Part shown: in pieces, positions 34,384 through 47,870 of the stretch
Layout: every line of letters begins with the position of its first letter
Numbering within the stretch: the first letter of the stretch is position 1
Source of the DNA: Flaccisagitta enflata
Lineage: Eukaryota
Assembly: GCA_965153355.1 (NCBI GenBank)
Contig: OZ231126.1
Location: forward strand, 23,870,001 to 23,934,000
DNA: 64,000 nt
Direction of reading: 5' to 3'
Program-made: the position numbers and the translations under genes
Notes under the pieces: model-generated
Seen by the model: the letters and a program-made list of their open reading frames with translations, nothing else
What the model was told of the DNA's origin: nothing
The model's database searches: none

Positions 34384-35915
34384 TCAAAATTCATTTCAAA
34401 AGTTGCGCATACTTGTGGTATTGAAACGACAATATAAGATCGTTTTAAAACTGCATAAGAACGCCCGTTTCAAAACGGCTTTATTCAATGCATTTTTGTG
34501 ACAAAAATTCATAATTTTTGTTACAATAATCCACTTTTTTGCATTTTTGAAACGATTTTTGGCGGTTTAATACGGTATAAAGGAACGCCACGGAATATCT
34601 CATTATGACGTTCATAATGTATAAAAGATCAGTTCTGCTTAACAGTCAGGGGCTTGAAATCAACATAGGGAAATGCAATTTACTGGTTTCATTGACCGAT
34701 TTGTCGAATTTCCGGATAGCTCTGACCTGGAATAAACAGACAACCGTTCAGTAGCGGCTCTGTATAGTCGCTGACACGCAACTTTATAAGAGGCTTTGTC
34801 CGTCCATCGTTCCGTCGGTCCGTCAGTCCTTTAGCACGAGTCGAAAAGTGGTAAAACGAGTGTTTTAGAAGCTTTTTGTGTATGAGTCTGTGTTGGAAAG
34901 GGGGTTGGGTGGAGCGTTGAGTGCAACGTCACAATCAACGAGGAAATATATCCCCTCTTCCAATACTGGTTCGTACTGATACTGGTTCGTACCTGCATCT
35001 GTCATTTCGTTCGTCCATTCATTTGAAAGTCCGTATCATCCACCTATCCTTTCATCCAATTCTGTTTGTTTGCCATACCCAGCCTCTATACCAATGCGAC
35101 GCTGGGTGCGTCTGCATTCACCATCTTATTTGGATATTTTATCTGGATATAAATATCCGGATATTCTGCATAGTGAATTTACAAGATTTACTACATGAAA
35201 TATCCGGATATTGATATCCCAATAAAATATCCGAATAAGCTGATTAATGCAGACACACCTGCTGTTCCTGCCTTCCTGCACGCGGTTCCTGTCTACTCAC
35301 TAATGAAGTCTTCTTCGATCCCTCGACATCAGACAAACTGGCAGAAGAAACACGGACGCGCGCCTGGAACAGTCACGTGACCAACGGTTGGAACGACGGA
35401 GTCTTACGGACAGGCCGACAGACGGATGGACGGAGTTGACGTTAGATAGAGGTGCTTTGACGCATCAAGAGAAGAAATAGAAAAGATGTTTTCGCATTGA
35501 ATTTGTCCCAGTGACTTCATCTTTTCGCATCTTTGGCTTTTCTCATATTTGCTTTCAAATTCATTTCCCCTTCTCCTTCCCTTTCCCCTTTTTCCCACTT
35601 CTCTGCGTTCTTCCTTTTCTCCCTCCTCTATCTCTCACTTTTTCCACTGGTCGAGTAGTTGCGAATTGGCCAAGCAATTAAATCTTTCTGACAATGTTAC
35701 TTGGGTTCTTGGTCTCGTGCACGCGACTCTTTTATCCTGCTCCTGCTATGTCGATTGGTTGGTTGGTCCATCCACGCATCCGTTCATGATTGTTAGCTTT
35801 TTGGCGTTCACTGGCGTTTTTCGCATCACTGCTCCTGCCCATGTTCTTGGTTAGCTTTTTTTTTATCACTGCCCATTCCCATCCGCACGCGACTTGGGTA
35901 GCTGCGTATCTGGCC

Positions 35916-36318
<403 letters not shown>

Positions 36319-37216
36319 ATTTGCGGGGGAGTCTTCCTCGGAAGGAAGGTGTACAGATTCGGCTTCTTCAAGAGGCTATACGGCCACCACATTGGGCTCA
36401 TGTACTTTGGCCTGTTCGTATTTAGACTCCAAGGCCTGGTGTGTCAAGGTGTCATTGCATCGTCTTGTATTGTCATACGGCCTACCCTCCCCTCTGAGCT
36501 AGCTATCAATCTGGATGGAACATCCAGTAACCCCCTCGAACCCCGCCCAGATAGCCGATCTTCAAACCTCCGCTTGTTGTATTCGATGACATCTTTTCAG
36601 CTCCTCTGAAGTTGTGTCTGACAGTCCTTCAAACCGACCGTCCGTCAGGCTTTCATTTGATTAGCCACCGAGAGAGCAATTTTGATTACATGATGACATT
36701 GTTTCTCCTTAAATCATCATGCGTCAATAGTTCCTTTCCTCCCTCTCACCCCGTGTATCAATTTCGTTTTCATTTTTCTTCCCACTCTCATCTTCTGACT
36801 CTTCAACAAATCCTTGAGTCCTTCACCCTTTCTTTTGCTTCTATCATCCCGACTTCATATGATAACTCTCAGGGCTGTTCTCTTCTTTCTGGCAGCCCAT
36901 GATCCACCTTCACTGAGCCTCTATGACTTTTATGGTGCTATAACATTTATATTATGTCCGCCTGGGCGTTTCCGAGGTTTGTCAGACTCTTCTTCCCACC
37001 ACTAGTGTCTGTCTCTGTCTCTGTCTCTGTCTCTGTCTCTGTCTCTGTCTTTGACTCTGTCTCTGTCTCTGTCTCTGTCTCTGTCGCTGTCTCTGTCTGT
37101 GTCTTTGACTCTGACTCTGTCTCTGTCGCTGTCGCTGTCGCTGTCGCTGTTGTTGTCTCTGTCTCCGTCTTCGTCTCTTTTTCTATCTTTCTCTCTTTTC
37201 GATGTCCTTAATTAGT

Positions 37217-37362
37217 CTTTTTAGTTGCGAACACGCAACTCTATAAGAGGCTCTGTCCGTCCGTCGGTCATGGTGATCGAGTTGGAAAGTGTGAAAATGC
37301 ACATTTCCGCCCCTGCCCACCCGTCCGCAACTGGTATTGGCCGTGTATCCGGCCTTGTTTCA
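37217..37362 (+). mobile_element. HINE-like family 1 copy
   Basis: AGTTGCGAACACGCAACT ... GTCCGCAACT ... GGCCGTGTATCCGGCC TTGTTT. Confidence 0.72.
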
Positions 37363-37426
37363 TCATTTTCCATCGCGGTATCACTTTGTCTGTCTGTCTG
37401 GTAATCTCTCTGTCTCTGTCTCTGTC

Positions 37427-37514
<88 letters not shown>

Positions 37515-38074
37515 CCATTTCCACGCGCACGCGAGCCTCTTGCATAAATTGATTAACTTCCTCAGCCGGTCACTGCACGTGGTTTGATTAGCATATGGTC
37601 AGATCGATTCATCTCATGTGGTATAATCAACATAAGCACTGATCGATTCATCTCATGTGGTATAATTAGCCTAAGTACAGATCAACTCACCTCACGTCAG
37701 AGTACGTATTGCTTCGCTTCCTGAGTTATCCCCTGGTAAGGCTGGCGTTTCAGTCGCTTATCAAGACGGGTCAACCAATCGACCGACCCACCGACTGACC
37801 AACCGATCCATCAGCACTACAATACATAGAGTCGCGTGCGCGCGACTAGAACTTAAGCGTCTGTATCACATTTACAATTTGTCTGCATTAATGTAAATTA
37901 GTCATTCACTCGAGAATAGTATAATGGCCATGTCCCTGAATTGACTCAACAACTGAGTCTATAAATACTGTAACTGTGTCAGTTTGAATTAATCGAAATA
38001 ATCGGTAAAGCCGTTTTACGAATAGTAAACACGACGAGTTAATCGCCGATGATTAGATTCTTTTTACTTCGTTA

Positions 38075-38298
38075 AAACAAGGCCATATAAACGGCTATCG
38101 CGGGCACATGCGGGTGGGCAGGGACAATATTTGAGGTCAGTAGAGCATTTGGCCAGGAACAGTAAGGCCAAAAACCTTGTAAACGCCGAAAAAGTACAGT
38201 GTGACCAACGGACTGACGGAATGATGGACCGACAGACCGACGGACCGACGGACCAACGGACCGACAAAGCGGGTAGAGTTGCGTGCAGGCGACTAAAA
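38075..38298 (-). mobile_element. HINE-like family 1 copy
   Basis: AAACAAGGCC start, GACC/GACG repeats, GCGACTAAAA end. Confidence 0.68.
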
Positions 38299-38585
38299 CA
38301 TTGTTTTCGATTCTTTAAAACTTCGTGTCATTTCTCTGTTTTTAGTCGCTTGCTAAGCAACTCTATAAGAAGGTGTGTCCCTGGATAGGTAGCTAGTTAT
38401 CTTGGTTACTAACATGAAATTTTGGATGACGCGAAATCGAATTTTTCTAAGCATCACTGCCCCTGCCCGGTTGCATGGCAGCCCCCATCCTGCCACATAC
38501 TACAACCCACCTGTACAACAACCCACCTGCATTACCCGCAGTAATATATATACCGCCCGGCTCACCCCCAAGCAACTTCTTAGTG

Positions 38586-38904
38586 CAGGGGTGTATAAAG
38601 TTCCACAACCTTTGATTATTTCCCCCCCCCCCCTGCCTTTGATTTTCTTCCCCGCGACGCATCACATTGCGTTGCAAAATCAATGGTTTTCTTCCCCATA
38701 AAGCAATAAAACAGTGTGTTTGAGGTTTAGATAGTGTTAAATTGTGTTTTACTTGTCATGTTTAATGATTTGTCACTGCCAATAGTTATATTTTCCTCAA
38801 ATTTTCTTTTTTTTCTTTTTTTCCTTCTTCCTTTTCCTTCCCTTTCTGATCATTTCCCCCCCCCCCCCACGAAGGGGGGGAATACGGAACAATATACAGG
38901 CCTG
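38586..38904. mobile_element. hAT-type MITE, same family as 13420-13747
   Basis: TCTTAGTG|CAGGGGTGTATA ... TATACAGGCCTG|TCTTAATG (7/8 TSD match); internal sequence is similar to the first copy. Confidence 0.85.
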
Positions 38905-39081
38905 TCTTAATGGCCATGTTATTCCAGTTCCGTGTAACTGTAGTATTAACTCCCCGCCGGTTTGTATGTCCGTCTGCCCGTAAATAAGCCTTCTTTTCCT
39001 AGTGTCCGTATGAGCTGTTCTTTCTGTCTGTCTGTTTGTCTGTCTGTCTGTCGGTCTGTCTGTCTGTCTCTCTGTCTGTCC

Positions 39082-39128
<47 letters not shown>

Positions 39129-39311
39129 CTGTGTGGTGTCGGATCTGATCAATAAGTCGGCGGCTAAGTGAGGAATTAAGCTCTCAGTTGTGCTTTCTTC
39201 GGTCCTTCCTGCTCTGTAATCATAATAAATCTTCTTGTCAATCTTTTTCACTTTCTCATAAATCAAACTTCTTTCTTCTTCCGCGCGTCACTTCTTTTTA
39301 GTCAAGAGCTA

Positions 39312-39753
39312 GCGACTTTGTAAGAGGCTGTGTTAGTCCGAAGGTGCGACTTTGTAAGAGGCTGTGTTAGTCCGTCGGTGCGACTTTGTAAGAGGCTGTG
39401 TTGGTCCGTCGGTGCGACTTTGTAAGAGGCTGTGTTAGTCCGTAGGTGCGACTTTGTAAGAGGCTGTGTTAGTCCGAAGGTGCGACTTTGTACGAGGCTG
39501 TGTTAGTCCGTCGTTGCGACTTTGTAAGAGGCTGTGTTAGTCCGAAGGTGCGACTTTGTAAGAGGCTGTGTTAGTCCGTCGGTGCGACTTTGTAAGAGGC
39601 TGTGTTAGTCCGTAGGTGCGACTTTGTAAGAGGCTGTGTTAGTCCGTAGGTGCGACTTTGTAAGAGGCTATGTTAGTCCGTAGGTGCGACTTTGTAAGAG
39701 GCTGTGTTAGTCCGTAGGTGCGACTCTGTACGAGGCTGTGTTAGTCCGTAGGT
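39312..39753 (+). repeat. 34-bp minisatellite, 13 copies, amplified from the 5' end of a HINE-like element (element ~39295-39930)
   Basis: Unit GCGACTTTGTAAGAGGCTGTGTTAGTCCG(TA/TC/AA)GGT matches the family 1 5' segment GCGACTCTATAAGAGGCTTTGTCCGT. Confidence 0.9.
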
Positions 39754-39969
39754 GCGTCGGTTCGTTAGTTGGTCCGTAAGTTGAAATGATGATAATGCAC
39801 ATTTCCTCACCTGCCCACCAATCTGCGACTGGAATTGGCCGTTTCTAGTAGGCTGAAAAGCGTTAAAAGACACAATTCCGCCCTTGCCCACCTCTCCACG
39901 ACTGGTATTGGCTGTGAATCCGGCCTTGTTGGGTATCTCGTGGATAATCAATTATCTCAAGTCTATACT

Positions 39970-40665
39970 GAACAAGAACAGATACACGGCTATCCAAGTC
40001 GTGTGCGGGTGCGTAGGGGCAGTGTTTGAAAACACTACTCATGCATTTGGAGGCTGGAATTTGAGCTTTGAGACTGAGGTTTGAGCCTCGAGGCTAGCAT
40101 TTGAGCCGCCAGGCTGGGATTTGAGCCTCAAGGCTGGGATTTGAGCCTCAAAGAGGTTGGATATTGATGGAAAAGAAGGAGGAAAAAATTTCCCTAGTGT
40201 ATGAAAGCATAGATCATAGGCCCCTTCGGGGCCGTTGCCCAAGAATAGGACCAACGAACGAACGGATGGACGGACAAAGCGGGGTGTAGAGTTGCGTAGC
40301 ACACGACTGAAATAGAAAAAATCTTAAAAGTTATGACAGGAATAGAAAAGCAAGAAAAATATAACCGGTTCAGGTCTGGGTCATCAATCTCGAACTCGCG
40401 ACTTTATAAGAGGCTTTAACCCTCCGAGCTCCGTCTGTCCGTCCGTCCATCCGTCCGTCCATCTGTCCATCAGTAAGTGATGATTGAGTGAGTGTGTGCA
40501 TAGTAAACCTGCGGAGGGGGGGAGGGCAATATAAGAAACCAGGCCGGATACACGGCTACCTTAGTCGCGTGCGGGTGGGCAGGGGCGGCGAAAAAAAACT
40601 AAGCGATAGCTAAGTGTGACCGACGGGCAGAGCGGGTCATAGAGTCGCGTGTACGCGACTAAAAG
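39970..40665 (-). mobile_element. Cluster of HINE-like copies (39970-40310 with a nested family 2 fragment; 40538-40665)
   Basis: Family 1 termini plus GGGATTTGAGCCTCAAGGCT units. Confidence 0.65.
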
Positions 40666-42232
40666 AAAAGACAAAGAAACATGCTTGAAACAAATACTTT
40701 GTATGTTACTTTTCCGTGAGTCGCTCATTAAGTTCTTTTTTTTAATGGTTTACTATGTGTGCCTGTATGGTACTATCTAGCTCATAAATATATCGACAAT
40801 ATGGGAATTAGTAGGTTTATTGACATAGAATCGATAAAAGATTTTTAAAATCTATCAAATACTTAATGTTGCATATTTAGTTTTCAAACATAACATGAAT
40901 ATGGATTTTCTAAGCATTTTAACACAAATTTATAGCATAAATGCATGGCAACTCTCCCCTCCTTGTGTGAGTTTTAAGACCATTCTATAGCAAATGGTGG
41001 GTCCTTCCTTTTGCTTTAGTTGCAATCCAAATCACTCAGTGGGGTTGAAATTGACCACAAAAATGTAGGAAGTGTTTGGCCTTGTATAGAGGACCAAAAG
41101 TTAGGTGAATAAACCTCCAATTTACTCTTTGTTACTCAATTCAGAAACTAAAAAGAAACAAGATACATTATTTTTGCCATTTTTCAATTAGGGTAACAAT
41201 TTTGTTTTGCTTGTCAAATCTAAATGCCTAGAGCTAAAAGGATGCGTTTTGCAGAATTTGGTCAGAAATTCAAAGTAGTTTCAGAATCTCACTGATTTCT
41301 GTATGATTTTTTTTATTCTAACCAGAGTTATTGCTTTAAATGCTTGTCGATGTATATATGAGCTAGATAGTATGTCAGCGGTTATGTGCTTTTCAGCCTC
41401 AGCTCGTCCATCTGCGACAAGAAGGCCTTCCCGATGATGACGTCTTTCTTTGCTTTGCCAGCAACGCCGAACGCAATGCAACCCACGTGTGATCCTAGCA
41501 ATCGGTGCCGCTGGGTTCTACTACTTCTCGGCAACTACAACTAGGGGGCCGTATATAAAGCTTTGTTCATTTTCCGCCAATATTGGTTAAGTATTGAGTA
41601 GAAAGCATTCGGTTCGATAATGAAGTCGCTATCACACTGTTTGAGTATCAGCCTCCGTCACTCCTTGATTTGAGCGCTAAAGGTGCCTTAAACGCGCTTG
41701 CCCGATTGACATGTAGGCTATAAGGCCTTCGACTCGAATGTAACGGGTCTTGCAAGGCCGATTACACGGCAAGACAGTCGCAGACGGTTTGGCAGGGGCC
41801 GTAATGCAAAATCCGCTCGCCAATCAAAGATATTTGGGACCGAGTCGGAAGGACTGACCGACACGGCAAGGTGTAAAGTCACATGTCCGCAACTATGAAG
41901 GGGAACGAGGTGTATCCAATTTCTTGTATCAGAGGAATTTCTTCATATCATTTTTAAAGCACAATTCAGAATTTTCTGATTTTGATTTTAGTGTATGACT
42001 CTTTCATACGTTTTCCTAGTTAGATTAGACCTGAATTAGAGGTCGACAAGATAAATGAAGGTTAATTAGCGCGCTCAGCGTCTCTTCTACATTCGACCAA
42101 ACTTGGGAAATTGTAAAACATTACAATCGTTTCCTACTGCTATATGCAAATCAGGGAGTACACTATCAGACCGATATATATTTGGAGAGAGAGAGGGAGA
42201 AGGAGAGAGAGAGAGGGAGAAAGAGAGAGAGA

Positions 42233-42323
<91 letters not shown>

Positions 42324-42351
42324 TAGGATTAAACACTTCTTCTATCTGATA

Positions 42352-42773
42352 CACGCTTTTCATTTTATAAGAACATGGATTTTTAAAGTCAGCCTCAGCG
42401 TTCTTATTTTCATCCCTTTTTTGAGGCTCAAGTGTTCTTAACATGTTCTTATTTTTGAATTAGATAATCTCTTTTATTATATATCTATATTGATAAAAAA
42501 GTTTGTTTTTAAGCAATTTAAAAAAAAAATATTTTCATTAAATAGAAATATAAGATTAATAATTATTAAATAATGAATTATCATTTTAGAAAGCATTATC
42601 AAAACATCCATCACTAGGGGTTTTTTATCTAATTTTACTGTTTTTTTTTGAAAACTTAGTATATTCTTATCTTCAAATCTGAGGCTCAGCATGTTCTTAA
42701 GATGTTCTTATTTTTTGACCAAATCTGAGGCTGATGTTCTTATAAACAGTGTTCTTATAAAAAGAAAAGCGTG
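42352..42773. mobile_element. MITE with TA TSD (Tc1/mariner-type)
   Basis: TA|CACGCTTTTCaTTTTATAAGAACA ... TGTTCTTATAAAAaGAAAAGCGTG|TA; internal repeats of TGTTCTTA and TGAGGCT. Confidence 0.85.
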
Positions 42774-43800
42774 TATTTTGTCGTCGTCTGACGTTTTTTT
42801 CTCAGAGGTTTGTTGCAGGTGAAATGCTTGGAATCTCTTTTTCCGCGCTTCGGAGCCGATCTGCGCCGAGGGACGCATAACAATTGACGTAATGATGGCG
42901 CGAAGTCATTACTGCCTTTCAAACTTACCTAAGGACGAATGGAGAAGGAAGAAGAGGAGACGACGGTTTTTTGGGAGGGGAAGATGAAGAGGAGAAATGG
43001 GAGGAGGGAGAGAACAAAAAAAGAAAATTGAAAAGAAGAACCAGATAAAAAAAACAAACAAGGCCCGACTGGCCAACTATCCATCATCCGAGTGGAGAGA
43101 CAATTGACAACGTGAAACAAACGGGGAGATTACATTCGAATAAGGACAAACCAAGCGCCGAGCACAATTTTGCTGGGAAAAACATTGGCAGACAAGCATA
43201 AAGGCAACGAAGTTGAATCAAGGTACGAAAACGCATCTATGAAATGAACGAGAAACAAGTCCAACATGGTACAGGACAGACGGTTGGGCAGGGGCAGAAC
43301 CACAAAAATGTATATACTGGATCCATACCTCCAGCTCTAAGATTATGAATAACAGAAGTAGCTAAGACTCAAATATGTTTCAGACAGACCGACTGACAGA
43401 CAAACGGACCGACACGGCAGTGTATGGAAACACGTTTCCTGGACTAAAAAGAACAAGAATGAAGAAGAAGAAGAAGGAGAAGAAGAAGAAGAAGAAGTTG
43501 AAGAAGAAGAAGAAGAAGAAGAAGAAGAAGAAGAAGAAGAAGAAGAAGAAGAAGAAGAAGAAGAAGAAGAAGAAGAAGAAGAAGAAGAAGAAGAAGAAAT
43601 GATGAGGATTCTTTTGAAAGAGAAGGAGCAAAGAGTTGAAAAGAAAGAGAAGATGACGAATTCGTTTTGAGGGGAAAATATACAGAGCAAAGGATGAGGG
43701 ATTGACTTTGATGTGTGATGTTTGAAAAGTGAGAGTGAGAAGGGAAAACGACGTCGTGGGTTTGATGAAGCCGATTTGAGCTTGAACATTTCAGCGTGGG

Positions 43801-43930
43801 TTTTTTAGGTGCGACAAAGCACCTCTATAACTGGCTCTGTCCGTTGGTCGGTTGGTCGGTTGGTCTGTCTGTAACGCATTCGTTCGACGATCCACACGTC
43901 GCACCTTATTGGCCTACTTGGCCTTGTTTT
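43801..43930 (+). mobile_element. Short HINE-like variant (AGGTGCGAC subTIR)
   Basis: AGGTGCGAC (43807) pairs with GTCGCACCT (43898); hairpin GGCCTACTTGGCC then TTGTTTT. Relatives at 11772-11850 and 18750-18875. Confidence 0.72.
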
Positions 43931-44127
43931 ATTTCGGATGACTTAAATCAACAGGAGATTAACAGGGTATCGGTTGATGATCAGCAACTAGTGCCGAGCG
44001 GCAGATAGTATGAGTTATGATTAACCCTCCTTAAATGTGTGGCTTTCATATTGATCAGTTTCCTTCGTTATATGTTCTTCAGCTCGTTGTTTATCCTTGA
44101 ACCACCCTATTACTTCTATTTCATGTA

Positions 44128-44550
44128 GTTGCTGTTGGTTGAATTTGGGTCTGCTACCTTCTCCGTTATCTGTTTTTCCGCACCTTACTCACCTTCAGAC
44201 CTCCCCCTCCCATTCCTTCTTTTCATGTCGCCGGTGTTGGTTGAATGTTGCCAGCTTACTCTCCCTTCCCCGGCCCCCTTCCATTTGTATTTCTTATTAT
44301 TGGTGTTGGTTGAAGGTTGATCTACCACCTTAAACAGTTACACTCCCTCACCCGGCCCCCCTTCCTTTTATGTTTCTTGTTGTTGGTGTTGGCTGAATGT
44401 TGATCTGCCACCTTCTCCGTTATCTGTTCTTTGGCGCCTAACTCTCCCTCCCCCGCCCCCCCCCCCTTTCCAATTATATTTCTTGTTGTCGGTGTTGGCT
44501 GAATGTTGATCTGCCACCTTCTCCGTTATCTGTTCTTCGGCACCTTACGC
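44128..44550. repeat. Irregular tandem repeat, ~5 copies
   Basis: Recurring GGTGTTGG(T/C)TGAATGTTGATCTGCCACCTTCTCCGTTATCTGTT. Confidence 0.7.
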
Positions 44551-44792
44551 CCTCACGACGTGACTTACATCCATTCTCAGCCAAATCGCTTTTCCCATTC
44601 TCACTTTTCCTTAAAGCTATCGATCATTCTCCCTTTCTTCTTCCTTATCATTCTTCTTTTTCGTTTTTTTTTTCATTTCCTCTCATTTTTCTTATTCCTA
44701 TCTACTCTTTCTCCTCTTCTTCTTCTTCTTCTTCTTCTTCTTCTTCTTCTTCTTCTTCTTCTTCTTCTTCTTCTTCTTCTTCTTCTTCTTCT

Positions 44793-44847
<55 letters not shown>

Positions 44848-45586
44848 CCAGTTAGGGCTGTAGGCCTTAGGAGACCGTGATCGAGACCTCCTCCAGACCC
44901 ATGGAACCTTAATTAGGGTTCCATGGTCACTAGAACTCATGAAAACACTCCCCTTTTCGACCTCTCCCATTGGTGGAGGAGGCGGAGGGCTTGAGGAGGG
45001 CTTGTGGAGGACTTTTGGAGGCCCTCTTTCTCCTCCATTGCTCAAGGCATATATGATAGCATCCCTGATATTGATTATGAAATCTTTGTAGAATAATTTT
45101 AGGTGGTATTTGGAGTAAGCTTTTAAGCAATGGAATCATGATTTTCTGCATCTGCCACAACTTTCAGATCATGTTTTATTGCATGATTCTTAAGTGCCAA
45201 ATCATAATTTTGTTGAGATGCTTCAATAAAGAATTTAGATTGTCAGATTAAGAGCTTGATGTAATATTTTGTTTATTCCTTTGGTACTGTTACATCATTA
45301 TGTTTGTTAAAGATGATACAAAAAATAGATTAGTTGATGTTGATTTTTTCTTCCATAGATTCACTACTAAATTGAGTAAAAATTTCCTTGAATTTTTTTT
45401 TCTTTTTTTTTGTAAGGAGACATATTTGTTCTAATTTTTCTTGTAGTACATTGTTATGATAATCAGATATTAATTCAAAGTTTCCTAAAATAATAGAATT
45501 TTAAATGGATAGTGTATTTACTACTAATAATTGAAAAACAATTTTAATCGATTTGGCATTCAAGATATGTAGCATCTTTTCTCATA

Positions 45587-45745
45587 TTTTTAGTCGCGGA
45601 CTAGCGACTCTATAAGAGGCTTTGTCCGTTGGTCGGTTGGTTGGTTGGTCGGTCCGTGGTGATCGAGTTAGAAAATGTGAAAACACGCATTTCCGCCCCT
45701 GCCCACCCGTCCGCGACTGGTATTGGCCGTGTATCCAGCTTTGTT
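45587..45745 (+). mobile_element. HINE-like family 1 copy
   Basis: AGTCGCGGAC ... GTCCGCGACT ... GGCCGTGTATCCAGC TTTGTT. Confidence 0.72.
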
Positions 45746-46424
45746 CTCTGATTTTCAGTGCAATCGATACATACAATTGCTGTTGATTTGATCTAACCAA
45801 TAAAAAAAATGCAGTGATTGGAGATAAGCGCTTGATGAAAAGGGACCAATGCTCACAAGTTTTTCCCTAACAACAACAGCAGCCATTACTGGTATGTCAT
45901 AATTAGAAAAAAAATAATGAGAAAATGATTTCGATTCTATGCAAAAAGAAAAAAACGGTACAGATGATTTGATGGTCAATGACACACATCAAAACCTGGT
46001 TTGATAGAGTGCGTCCAACCATTATCCCAGGAGAGTGTTGGAGAGTCTCGGAGACTTGGAGAGCTCTCCAGGCAGTCTCCGAGAGTCTTGGAGACTTGGA
46101 GAGCTCTCGGGGGTCTCCTAATGCTCACGGCCCTCACTCTCTTATTCTTCTTCTTCTTCTTTTTCGTTGTCTCTTTCTTTTTCATCTTCTTTCTTTTCCT
46201 CCATGCAGAATTTCAGCATCAATCCCATTTCTTAGATGCATTAACATCGACCCTTCTCTGTCTCTCTGCCTCCCTGTCTTCGTCTGTGTCTGTGTCTGTG
46301 TCTGTGTCTGTTCCAGTGTCTCTGTGTCTGTCTCTCTGTATCAATCTCTATTTTTGCGTATCTGTGGCTCCCTGTCTTTGTCTTTCTGTCTTTTTGTCTT
46401 TCTGTCTTTCTGTCTTTCTGTCTT

Positions 46425-46470
<46 letters not shown>

Positions 46471-46581
46471 CCTACATCGCCCGTGACCTGCGACCCCCAT
46501 TATATTCAATCGGTCTCCCAATTCCAATCTCATGCTTCCTTTTTGCGTTGCGACGTGTCAAGTCAAGCGAAAACCGACTCT

Positions 46582-47870
46582 TTCCTCGTCTCAAACTTCT
46601 ACTTTCCATTCCTTACATTTCTTGTGTCTCTTTCCTCATCTCAGGCTTCTGCTTTTCATGCCTTACATTTCTTTTGTCTCTCTCCTCATCTCAGGCTGCT
46701 ACTTTCCATTCCTTATATTTCTTGTGTATCTTTCCTCATCTCAGGCTTCTGCTTTTCATGCCTTACATTTCTTTTCTCTCTTTCCTCATCTCAGGGCTCT
46801 TCTTTCCATTCCTTACATTTCTTGTGTCTCTTTCCTCATCTCAGGCTTCTGCTTTTCATGCCTTACATTTTTTTTGTCTCTCTCCTCATCTCAAGCTGCT
46901 ACTTTCCACTCCTTACATTTCTTGTGTATCTTTCCTCATCTCAGGCTTCTGCTTTTCATGCCTTACATTTCTTTTCTCTCTTTCCTCATCTCAGGGCTAT
47001 ACTTTCCAATCCTTACATTTCTTGTGTCTCTTTCCTCATCTCAGGCTTCTGCTTTTCATGCCTTACATTTCTTTTGTCTCTCTCCTCATCTCAGGCTGCT
47101 ACTTTCCATTCCTTACATTTCTTGTGTATCTTTCCTCATCTCAGGCTTCTGCTTTTCATGCCTTACATTTCTTTTCTCTCTTTCTTCATCTCAGGGCTCT
47201 GCTTTCCATTTCTTACATTTCTTTTGTCTCTCTCCTCATCTCAGGCCGCTACTTTCCATTCCTTACATTTCTTGTGTCTCTTTCCTCATCTCAGGCTTCT
47301 GCTTTTCATGCCTTACATTTCTTTTGTCTCTCTCCTCATCTCAGGCTGCTACTTTCCATTTCTTACATTTCTTTTGTCTCTCTCCTCATCTCAGGCTTCT
47401 GCTTTCCATTCCTTACATTTCCTATGCCTCTCTCGTCATCTCAGGCTTCTGCTTCCCATGCCTTACATTGCTTTTGTCTCTTTCCCCATCTCAGGCTTCT
47501 GCTTTCCATGCCTTACATTTTTTTTGTCTCTCTCCTCATCTCAGGCTTCTGCTTTTCATGCCTTACATTTTTTTGTCTCTTTCCTCATCTCAGGATTCTG
47601 CTTCTCATGCCTTACATTGCTTTTGTTGCTTTCTTCATCTCAGGCTTCTGCTTTCCATGCGTTACATTTTTTTGTCTCTCTCCTCATCTCAGGCTTCTGC
47701 TTTTCATGCCTTACATTTTTTTGTCTCTTTCCTCATCTCAGGATTCTGCTTTACATGCCTTACATTGCTTTTGTCGCTTTCCTCATCTCAGGCTTCTGCA
47801 ATCCATGCCTTTCAATGCTTTTGTCTCTTTCTTCATCTCACTCTCTTCTGCTTTCCATGTATTACATTTC
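46582..47870. repeat. 50-bp minisatellite (~25 units) with 100/200-bp higher-order structure, degenerating to ~48395
   Basis: Unit TTTCCTCATCTCAGGCTTCTGCTTTTCATGCCTTACATTTCTTTTGTCTC alternates with a ...ACTTTCCATTCC... variant. Confidence 0.93.

Noticed and set aside
36320-36640. Possible LINE 3' end adjacent to the (GTT)n tract
   Set aside because: Only a faint KDVIE-like peptide with a stop; insufficient evidence.
39312-39753. Regular 34-bp repeats superficially like a CRISPR array
   Set aside because: Units are contiguous with no unique spacers, derive from a HINE end, and there are no cas genes in this eukaryotic context.
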